In this document: piece after piece, positions 49,426 to 59,522 of the stretch
How positions within the stretch are numbered: position 1 is the stretch's first letter
How the letters are laid out: each line of letters begins with the position of its first letter
From: Mobula hypostoma
Taxonomy: Eukaryota
Reading direction: 5' to 3'
Length of the DNA: 64,000 nucleotides
Assembly: GCF_963921235.1 (NCBI RefSeq)
Contig: NC_086097.1
Span: forward strand, 253,148,001 to 253,212,000
The notes under the pieces: model-generated
What the model was told of the DNA's origin: nothing
Databases searched by the model: none
What the model saw: only the letters and a program-made list of their open reading frames with translations
Program-made: the position numbers and the translations under genes

Positions 49426-52400
49426 TGAACATGCTGCCTTGGGACCTCCTGCTCACATGAACCATGAGAGGTTCACTCACCACACCGGCGTTACAGATGA
49501 AGAATCGCTGGAGGCGAGGAAGAAGAGCTGGCATCTTGATTAGTTTAAGATGTCGTGCAAATTGGACTGGCGCTCCCTAGCTTACCCCTGGGCAATGTAC
49601 AGTCCCTAGACAACAACCAGTGTGAGCCGAGAGCTAGAATCTCCTACCAATGGGAAACAAAGCACTGTAACATCTAATGCTTTACCGAAACCTGGTTGTC
49701 GGAGGAGATATCAAACCAAACCATCGAACCCGGTGGGTTCTCTGTGTTCCGAGCAGACAGGTGTAAAGACCCGTCTGGGAAAAGTAAAGGTGGGGGAGTA
49801 TGTTTCATGGTGCAACACAGGTATCATGCGCACCCTCAAATCCTTTTGCTCCCAGGATCTGGTGTACCTTTTGCTGCTATGTCAGACTTTCTGGCTGCCT
49901 GGAGAATTCACGTCTGTTATTATTACAGCTGTGTACATCCCACCAGAGGCCAATACCAACCGGGCTCCCAATGGACTTTGTGAAACCATCAATATCCATG
50001 AAACCACACACTCAGAGACTGCTTTCATCATCATCGCTGGAGACTTTAACCAAGCTTCACTGGCCAGAGCTGCCAACACATCGAGGTGAGCACGTGGGAG
50101 GAAGCATACTTCCACTGCTGCTCTCCCTTCCTCAATGCTTGCAGAGCACTTCTCCGCCCTCTGCTTGGAAAGCCTGGCTGTTTCTCCATCTTGCTCCTAC
50201 CCTCCACAGGCAGAAATTGAAGCAGGAAGCGGCCATACTGAAAACTATCCACTGCTGGTCCAGCCAATCAGATTCAGTTTTACAAGACTGCTTTGATAGC
50301 GTCACCTGGGAGATACCTCAAGCTGAGAACATCTCCGAATACATGGAGGGGTCACAAGCTTCATTTGGAATTGTATTGAAGACATTGTTCCCCAAAAATT
50401 GGTCTGGGTCAAACCAAACCAAAAAACGTGGATAAATAGTTCAGTGTGTGTTGCTCTCAGTGCAATCCTTCAGCTCAGGGACCAACAGGAACTCAGGAGA
50501 TGCCACTCTGATTTACGTAGAGCCATCAAGGTGGGGACAAAATCCAGTCACAACTCCGTGACAATGACACACACAGAGCATGGCAAGGGCTGCACAGACT
50601 TCAAGAGGAAACAGCGGTACAGCCAACATTGCCACCTCGCTCATGAACAAGCTAAATGTTTTTTTATGTTCAATTTGACTGAATCCCCAAGGACAACCAC
50701 CACTTTGGTCACCTCCGAGGCTGAGGTACGTAGAACATTCCGGTGTGTCAACAGCCACAAGGCAGTGGGGCCGGATGGCATCCCAGGGCACGTCCTCAAA
50801 GTGTGTGCTGAACAGCTGGCTGGTGTGTTTCCGGATAGTTTTAATCTCTCCCTCTCCCACAGTGTGGTGCCCTCCTGTTTCAAATCGTCCATCATTGTGT
50901 TTGTTTCTGAGAAAACCAAGGTAGCATGCCTTAATGATTGGTGCCCTGTCACACTCACCTCAATTATAAGCAAATGCTTTGAGAGGCTGGTTAAAGACTA
51001 TATCTGCAGCCTGCTACCACTCACACTGGACCCCCTACAATTCCCCTACTGACGGAACCAGTCTACCGATGACGCCATAGTCGCAGCACTACACACTGTC
51101 CTCACTCACCTGGAGAAGAGGGATGCATACATTAGAATGCTGGTTCTGCACTATAGTTCAACATTCAACACCATAATTCCCTCCAGACTTGGCAGGATGC
51201 TCAGGGACCTGAGCCTGCACCCCAACTTGTACAGCTGGATCCTAGACTTCCTGGCAGATCACCAGCATGTGGTAAGAGTGGGCTCCCTCACCTCTGCCCC
51301 TCTGACCCTCAGCACAGGTGCCCCCAGGGTTGTGTCCTGAGTCCCCTCCTCTACTCCCTTTACACCCTGACTGTGCTGCCACACACAGCTCCAATCTGCT
51401 GATCAAATTTGCAGATGACACGACTTTGATCGGCCTTATTCCTCGTGGTAATGAGACAGCCTACAGAGGAGAGGTTGACACCCTGACACAGTGGTGCCAG
51501 GATAACAATCTCTCCCTCAATGTCCAAAACACAAAGGAGCTGATTGTGGACTACAGGAGGAATGGAGACAGGCTCGGCCCGATCAACATCAATGGGTCTG
51601 CAGTTGAGAGAGTGAATAGTTTCAGTTCCTCGGTATACACATCACTGATGATCTCACATGGACTGTACACATCGGCTTTGTGGCAAAAAAAAAAAGCACA
51701 ACAGCGTTTCTTCCCAAGCACCTATGAAGAAGTTCAGCATGGGCCTCCAAATCCTCAAAACCTTCTACAGGGGCACCACTGACTGGCTGTATCACCACCT
51801 GGTATGGGAACTGCACCAACCTTCAGCGCTGGGCATGGACATACCACGGAGAGTGATACGGACAGCCCAGCACATCTGTGGATTTGAACTTCCCTCCACT
51901 GAGGATATTTACGGCAGAAAGTGCAGAAAGAAGATCGTCGGGGACACCAGTCACCCCAACCATAAACCGTTTCAACTCTTTCCATCTGGCAAACGCACCG
52001 CAGCATTAAAGCCCGGACCAACAGGTTACGGGACAGATTCTTCCTACAAGCCATTGGACTAATAAATTCACATTGCAACGGAGTCATAACACAAAGATTT
52101 TTACTCCCTCAAGTTGTGGGATGGATGTAAGATTATAAATAAATTCTAATTCTAATTCTAGTTAGTCTAACCTCAGTGCTTGGGAAAATGTTGGAGTCTA
52201 TTACAGTATTAAGAGTGAGGTTTTGGGGTACTAGGAGACTAATGATAAAATAAATCAGTCAGCGTGGTTTCTGTCAAGGGAAATCTTGCCTGACAAATCT
52301 GTTAGAATTCTTCGAGGAGGTAATAAACAGGGTGGACAAAAGAGAGACAGTGGATGTCATTTACTTGGAGTTTCAGAAGGCATTTGATAAGGTGCCACAC

Positions 52401-52705
52401 ATGAGGCTGCTTAACAAGATAAAATCCTACAGCATTACAGGAAGGATACTGGCATGGATAGAGGTATGGCTGACAGGCAGGAAACAATGGGTGGGAATAA
52501 AAGGGGTCTTTTCTGCTTGGCTGCTGGTAACTGGTGATGTTCCTCAGGGGTCAGTATTGGGACCGCTACTTTTCACATTGTTAGTCAATAATTTAAATGT
52601 TGGTATTGATGGCTTTGTGGCAAAGTTTGCAGACGATACAAAGATAAGTGGAAGGGTAGGTAGTGCTGAGGAAACAATGTGATTGCAGAAGGACTTGGAC
52701 AAATT

Positions 52706-53243
52706 CCAGAGAAAATTCTTAGCTTCCAGCGGGGACCTGCTGCCTGTGCACTGGGCCACTTAGTCGCCAGGCAGGTAAGGGCTGATGCCAATTCAGAACC
52801 CTTACTCTTCACTGGGGGACAGGGACTAATTAAACTTTCCAAATCTGACCACTCTTTCCTCTCACTCCTCAGAAATGATCGAACCCTGTCTCTGAAATCT
52901 CCGCCCCCAACTATGGGCAACTCAGCTTGTGACCCAGCCTGCTGGGCTCCCTCCTCCTCCTCCCTGACAGTATGGACATGCCATAGCCCCGCCTCACCTG
53001 GGGCACTGATAGACGCTGGCAGTCCCACCACCGTTACGTCAGCACTAGTATGAACTAAAACAAGGTCTGAGCCCACCATTTTATCAAACCTTCGCGCTAC
53101 GATTTCAACTTTGCCAACAACTTTAACCAAAAATCCAATTAACAATCATCCAGGGTACGAATATCCACCCCACTTAACATGCACACATTAATTACCAGCA
53201 ACCCCATGGAGACACACCAGCACGCCACCCCAGCAGCATCCAT
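52706..53243 (-). pseudogene. Gypsy gag N-terminus, PNMA/MOAP1-like
   Basis: MDAAGVACWCVSMGL...VEIVARRFDK...LVLVHT...WHV...RVRSFLRSERKEWSDL...WKLRIFSG resembles the PNMA N-terminal domain and the 'KLRVFSG' capsid start; one frameshift. Confidence 0.75.
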
Positions 53244-53291
53244 ACCAGCACAGATTTAAACAGGGCAATCACACAGCATCCAACGGAATCA

Positions 53292-53309
53292 ATCCCGGAT
53301 GAGCCCCCA
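53292..53309 (-). other. Primer-binding site, tRNA-Pro
   Basis: TGGGGGCTCATCCGGGAT on the minus strand, 4 nt from the LTR end. Confidence 0.92.
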
Positions 53310-53313
53310 CAAT

Positions 53314-53865
53314 TGTAACCCTCAGGCTCGCCCAGCTCGTGCTCATCTAGGGGAAACAGCCTTTGGCCCCACCAAACTGGATAATCACATTTGTGTGGGT
53401 GCTGTGTAATGTACCCCCAGTTACAAACCCACAACGCAAAATATCAGACAGTACACCATATGCAATTAAATGATTGAATTTTATGAATCTTAATCTGAAT
53501 ATAAGATTAGTAATGAAAATAAACAAAAAAGGGGGGCCCAAGTCAAGTCAAAGTCACATTGGAGCTCACTCAGTAGTCATTCTTCCACCATCGGTCTCCG
53601 CCAAACGTCACCGACCTTCGGACCGTCAGATCCCATCTACTCCGTCCGGTGGTCTACCAGCTCTCTCCACATGCGCCTTTCCTCTTCATCTCTCCTTGAC
53701 AAAAGACCACGAGAAAACATCCTTCCAGATACACAAGATAGAGCGACAATCTCTGATTGGCTAACATGCATAACCACAATCCTGTTATCTCCAGCCATAA
53801 CCTAAACATTGCTGCTACAGAGAAACCATTACCTCATCAGTGAGCCTTACAGAGAAACCATTACA
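53314..53865 (-). mobile_element. 5' LTR of the PNMA-type Gypsy element
   Basis: TGTAA...TTACA inverted termini, adjacent to the PBS. Confidence 0.8.
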
Positions 53866-53874
53866 TTTATATTA

Positions 53875-54120
53875 GTTATTTATTTATTATTTAGAAGTTC
53901 AACGGGAAACAGGCCCTTCCAACCTAACAAGCTGTGCCACCCAAAAACCCACCTATTTAACCCTAGCCTAATCACAGGACAATTTTCAATGATCAATTAA
54001 CCTACTAACCAGAACGTCTTTGGAATGTGGGAGGAAACGCACACAATCACAAGAGAATGTAGAAACCTTCTAACACAGGATGCTGAAAATAACTCCAAAC
54101 TCGAATGCTCCAAGCTGTTA
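53875..54120 (-). mobile_element. V-SINE-like fragment
   Basis: TTGGAATGTGGGAGGAAAC is the reverse V-domain; (TTTA)n tail. Confidence 0.6.
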
Positions 54121-54377
54121 TAATCAGAATCCTATATCGCACTGAAGAGTCATAGAACACTACAGCACATGAAGAGGCCCTTCAGCCCATCTAGTATGTT
54201 AGGTGCTTTTGCCACCATGGGAAAAGTTAACCTTTCTATTAAGGAAGAATTCATTGTGAAGCACAATGGACAGCTGAGTTTTGTGGACTTACTATACTCC
54301 CTCCTTAATCTGAATGCCTGGCTAAATCTCACAACCATTATTTCTGTAATAATCCAATTATTTTGTAAATCATTGTG

Positions 54378-54396
54378 CAGTGCCCTCTAGTGCTGG
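54378..54396 (-). promoter_or_regulatory. Candidate CTCF site
   Basis: CAGTGCCCTCTAGTGCTGG is close to the reverse CTCF core YAGYGCCMYCTRGTGG; lies in a TE-free island. Confidence 0.4.
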
Positions 54397-55334
54397 TGTA
54401 AACAAGGAAAGCAAACCCCTGCACGGACAACAGTCATGGGATTCGTTGTCGAAAGCATCTGACCCTGAAACACACTCAGCAGAGTCCACTATCACCCACA
54501 CAGCCCACAAGAGGCACCATGACTTACTGAGAAGAGTTGGAGAATTCATTCCAGGACCGAGTCCTGAAACTAGATATCGGTGCAAGTTGATAAGAGGCAT
54601 AGATCAAGTGGATAGACAGAGACTTTTTCCCAGGGCAAAAGAGACCAATGCAAAGGACATAATATTAATGTGACTGGAGGAAAGTATGGGGTGGATGTCA
54701 GATGTTTACAGAGTGGTGAGTGGGTGGAACCAGAGTTGGTGATGGTGACATATCTTAAAGATTTCTGGGGAACTTAGGAAGGCACATGGATGATAGAAAA
54801 ATGGAGGATTATGTGGGCAGGAAGGGTTGGATTGATCTCAGAGTAGTGTTCAGCATTCTATGTTTTCTGATCTGCTGAATTCAGAACAACTAAATCTATA
54901 AGCAACACACACAAAATGCTGGAGGAACCCAGCAGTTCAGGCAGCATCTATGGAAAAGAATAAACTGTTGACGTTTTGGGCTGAGACCCTTCTTCGGGAC
55001 TGTAAAGGAAGAGGAGAAATCAGAGTGAGAAGGTAGGGGAGAGGAGAAAGAGGTACAAAGTGGCAGGTGATAGGTGAATCCGGGAGAGAGGGAGGGGGTG
55101 AAGTAAAGAACTGGGAAGTTGATTGGTGAAAGAGATACAGGGCTGGAGAAGTGGGAATCTGATTGGAGAGAACAGAAGGCCATGGAAGAAAGGGAAGGAG
55201 GAGGAACATCAGAGGAAGGTGATGGGCAGGTAAGGAGGTAAAGTGAGAGGGAAATGGAAATAGGGAATGGTGAAGGGGAGGCGTGGGAGCCATACCAGAA
55301 GTTCAGGAAATCAATGTTCATGCCATCTACTTGG

Positions 55335-56420
55335 TGTCACAATGGCAGGGCATTGGGAGCAAGGGTGGACCCAAATGCAAGACACATCTTGTGAGGTTAC
55401 TTAAATTTAGTTTATTGTTCTATACCAGGAGAGCAAGACAGAAGCAGGAATAGCGAACAGGATTAGGACTCAGGACGATGACTAGGCTGGAACCAAGGGT
55501 CTGGGCTTGGACTCGGAATCAGCTCCCAGAACCAGAGGAGACATGAAGAGGCTAGGGTATGGACTCCGAGCCAGAGACTGGAGAAGGACCCAGTACCTGG
55601 GTCTTGCCTCGGGTTCAGACCCCAGAACCAGGCATGGACATGACATGGGCTAGGGAGAGGAGGAACATGGAAAACAGAGCCTCGGTCTCAGGAGAGCAGG
55701 TACATGGAACCATGGACACATACACAGAACAGAGAGTTGGGACCCCTCCTTGGGTACAGGACATAGGGCTGGGACTCATGACCCTCCGCAGGGAAATGGC
55801 AAGACGGCCTGACTTACCCCACGGAGGCAAGGACAAGACAAGACCAACACGAATGAACACCAGACTGTACCTATCTAGCTCCGGCAATGGAACTAGACCG
55901 AAGTGCGGGCGGGGGCTGCAGATGAGGGCTAGAGGCTAGAGGGGCAGAGAAGGGATTCAGACAAGGGGGTAGGACAGGAAGCATAGACTGCCAGGGCCAG
56001 GACTTGACTTGGAGCCTCCGGGTAGTGGCGAGCTCTCGACGCGGCCCGGGAACAGTAGACAGAGGTTCTTGATTCCCTCTGGCGGGTTAACTGACGGACC
56101 CACCTCGGTGAGGAAACTTTGCAGGCTCGCTTTGGCGAGGTAACTGGACAGGGTTGCTCCGGTGAGGAGAGGCGAACTACCAGCACTTGCTTCGGGCGGA
56201 GACTAGGCTTGCTCCGGCCAGATGACATTGGCACGCCGTGACTTTGCAGACGCTCTCGCACTGAACGGCTGAAAGCCGGAGACTATAAACTACCGGTTCA
56301 GCCGAGTGTTAATTGCCTCTAATCACCAAAGTCGAGGGAAACGGGAAAACAGGGAATCAACGGTCCGGATCGTAACATAAACAAGATAAACTTAAAGGGA
56401 CCCCGATCCGGACCATGACA
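55335..56420 (-). mobile_element. Solo LTR (1086 bp)
   Basis: TGTCA...TGACA termini; 5-bp TSD CTTGG at 55330-55334 and 56421-56425; AATAAA on the minus strand at ~55411-55416. Confidence 0.92.
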
Positions 56421-56636
56421 CTTGGAGGCTACCCAGACGGAATACAAGGTGTTGTTCCTCCAACCTGAGTGTGGGCTCATTGCAACAGTAGACATATCGG
56501 AATGGGAATGGGAAGTGGAATTAAAATGGGTGCCCACTGGGAGATCCCGCTTGTTCTGGCAGATGGAGCATAGGCGCTAGGCAAAGCAGTCTCCCAATCA
56601 CACCAGGCCGCACCGGCAACACCGGATACGGTAGAT

Positions 56637-57519
56637 CAGGGGTCTCCAACCTTTTTTGCGCTGCAGACTGGTTTAATATTGACAATATTCTTGCGGACTG
56701 GCCGACCCGGGGGTGTGGGGGGGGGGTAGGGTTGCCAACGGACAAGAGTAGCCGTCAAAAGATATGTTGTGTTTGCCCCGAGAAAGACTACAATGACCAT
56801 GAAGCCTTGCACGGGCACCAGTGTGCATGTGTGTACCTGCCGATATTATTCTCTGCAAATCGTTTTTGGGCGATTCTGTTTGGGGGGGGGGGGTTAATCA
56901 CGACCAGAATATAGGTGATAAGTGGCTAATACACTCAATTTCATTTCTAAAAGGGATTATCTAACGAATTTAATATTAAACACACAGCACATATTTTCCC
57001 CGTGTGAACATATAAAATCATTGCAACACACCAGTATCGCTGAATCAGTAGGAGCCCTGGGCTTGTTTTCCTGCAACAAGACGGTGCCATCGAGGGGTGA
57101 TAGGAGACAGCGATACTCGAAGGGGGTTCCTTATGTCCAGTCTATTCCGCAATTTAGTTTTCGTTGCATTCATTGCAGAGATATGTTGGAAATGGAAGCA
57201 ACATTTTCAGTGCTTTCGTGGCTATCTCAGGATATTTAGCCTTGACTTTGATCCAGAATGCCGGCAGAGATGTTATGTCAAACATACTTTTCAGCCCACC
57301 GTCATTTGCAAGCTTGAGGAGTTGATCTCCTTCCTGCGCTGACATGGATGACGCGCGGGTAATGACCTCGCGTGTGTTCAAGCTCAACAGTGGGCGTGAC
57401 AGGGAATGAGGAAAGGTGCAGCTGACTCATATCGCCAAATTATATCCTTTCCTCGCGGCCCGGTAGCAAATGCTCTGCGGGCCGGTACTGGTCCGCGGCC
57501 CGGTGGTTGGGGACCACTG
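56637..57519 (-). mobile_element. Non-autonomous hAT (Charlie3/MER1-like) deletion derivative
   Basis: TIRs CAGGGGTCTCCAACC and GGTTGGGGACCACTG; perfect 8-bp TSD CGGTAGAT at 56629-56636 and 57520-57527; hAT dimerisation remnant FWIKVKAKYPEIATKALKMLLPFPTYLC. Confidence 0.95.
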
Positions 57520-58957
57520 CGGTAGATAACCCCAACAGACTCACAGATGAAGTTTTGCCTCACCTGGAAGGATTGTTGGGGCCCAGAATGGTAGTGAGGG
57601 AGGAGGTGTTGGGGCAGGGGTAGTACTTGTTTCACTTACAAGGGTAAGTGCAGGAGGGAGATCAGTGGGGAGGGACAAATGGACAAGGGAGTCATGTAGG
57701 GAGCAATCCCTGCAGAAAGCAGAAAATGCGGGGGGTGGGGAAGATGTGCTTGGTAGGGGGATCCCGTTGGAGATGGTGGAAGTTACAGAGAATTATGTGC
57801 TGGACCGAGAGAATGGTGGAGTTTTAGGTGAGAACTCTATCCCTGGTGGGGTGTCGGATGGATGGGGTGAGGGTAGACATACATGAAATGGAGGAGGTGT
57901 GGTTGAGGGCAGCATTGATGGTGGAGGAAGGAAAGCCCCTTTATTTGAAGAAGGAGGACATCTTATTCATTCTAGAATGAAAAGCTTCATCCTGAGAGAA
58001 GATGTGCTGGAGACAGAGCAATTGAGAGAAGGGGATGGCGTTTTCACAAGTAACAGGGTGGGACGAGGTCTAGTCCAGGTAGCTGTGAGAGTCCTTGGGT
58101 TAATAATAGACATCAGTGAATAAGCTGTCTCCAGAGATAGAGGCAGAGAGATCGAGAAAGGGGAGGGAGGTGTCAGAAATGAACCAGGTAAACTTGAGGG
58201 CAGGATGGAAGTTGGAGGCAAAGTTGATGAAATCGACGAGCTCAGTATGGGTGCAGGAAGCAGCACCAAGGCAGTCATTGATGTACTGTAGGAAAAGTTG
58301 GGGAATGATACCAGTGTAGGCTTGGTGCATAGACTGTTCCACATAGGTGTATAAAATGATGAGAGGCATTGATCGTGTGGGTAGTCAGAGGTTTTTTCCC
58401 AGGGCTGAAATGGCTAAAATGAGAAGGCACAGTTTTAAGGTGCTTGGAAGCAGGTACAGAGGAGATGCCAGGGGTAAGCCTTTTATGCAGAGAGTGGTGA
58501 GTGTGTGGAATGGGCTGCCGGCAACAGTGGTGGAGGCGGATACAATAGGGTTGTTTAAGAGACTCCTGGATAGGTACATGGAGCTTAGAAAAATAGAAGA
58601 CTATGGGTAACTCTAGGTAATTTCTAAAGTACGTACATGTTCGACACAGAATTGTGGGCCGAAGGGCCTGTATGGTGCTGAAGGCTATCTATTTTCTATG
58701 TGCTATAGCTGACAAACAAGCAGGCATAGCTAGGACCCATGCGAGTGCCCATAGCTACAACTTTTGTTTGAAGGGAGTGGGAGGAGCCAAAGGAGAAGTT
58801 ATTAAGAGTGAGGACAAATTCCACTAGATGGAGGGCAGTAGTGATGGGGAACTGGTTGGATCCAGTGTCCAGAAAGAAACAGAGAGTTTTGAGGCTTTCC
58901 TGGTGGGGAATGGAGGTGTATAGATACTGGACATCCGTAGGTGAAAATTAAATGATC

Positions 58958-59522
58958 GGGGCCACCCATTTTAACTCCACGTCCCATTCATATTCTAACA
59001 TGTCAGTCCATGGCCTCCTTTACTGTCGCGATGAGGCCACTCTCGGGTTAGAGGAGCAACACCTTATATTCCTTCTGGGTAGCCTCCAACCTGATGGCAT
59101 GAACATTTCTCAAAACTTCGTAATGCCCCCCCCACCCCACCTTCACCATTCCCCATTCCCATTTCCCTCCTCATTCCCATTTCCCTCTGGCCTTATCTCC
59201 TTACCTGCCCATCGCCTCCTTCCCTCTGGTGCTCCTCCCCTTCTCTTTCTTCCGTGGCCTTCTGTCCTCTCCCACCAGATTCCCCTCCTCCAGCCCTGTA
59301 ACTCATTCACCAATCAACTTCCCAGCTCCTTACCTTACCTCTCCCAGTTTCATCTTGCACCTTGTGGTCCTTCTTCCCCTCCCACCACTTTCTTACTCTG
59401 ACTCCTCATCCTTTTTCTCTAGTCCTGATGAAGGGTCTCAACCCAAATCTTCGACTGTGCTCCTCCAGCATTATGTGTGTGTTGCTTGGATTTCCAGTAT
59501 CTGCAGATTCTTTCCTGTTTGA
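58958..59522 (+). mobile_element. Penelope 3' end in inverted orientation, with hammerhead motif at 59420-59457
   Basis: ATHFNSTSHS...LEEQHLIFLLGSLQPDGMN; TAGTC-CTGATGA-AGGGTCTCAACCC-AAATC-TTC-GACTG. Confidence 0.88.

Larger units (their letters stand above)
48334..52159 (+). mobile_element. Near-full-length decayed Rex1/Babar-like LINE (APE + RT)
   Basis: 5' CAAGATGG; FTETWL, GGGVCFMV, AVYIPP, IAGDFN, KAVGPDGIPG, PVTLTSIISKCFERLV and KFADDTTLIG motifs; (AATTCT)n tail; AGTT duplicated at 48330-48333 and 52160-52163. Confidence 0.9.
47684..52705 (+). mobile_element. CR1 ORF2 middle part, split by the Rex1-like LINE at 48334-52159
   Basis: GNYWPV|SLTSVLGK continues across the insert; downstream [13 protein letters not shown] and FADDTK (52332..52682). 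Confidence 0.88.
54901..58940 (-). mobile_element. Penelope-like element with nested solo LTR, hAT MITE and CR1
   Basis: ORF 58100..58369 FLQYINDCLG...LPFLDL; GVAMGTRMGPSYACLFV at ~58705-58762; degenerate hammerhead at ~54965-55002; CR1 at 58345-58702. Confidence 0.92.
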
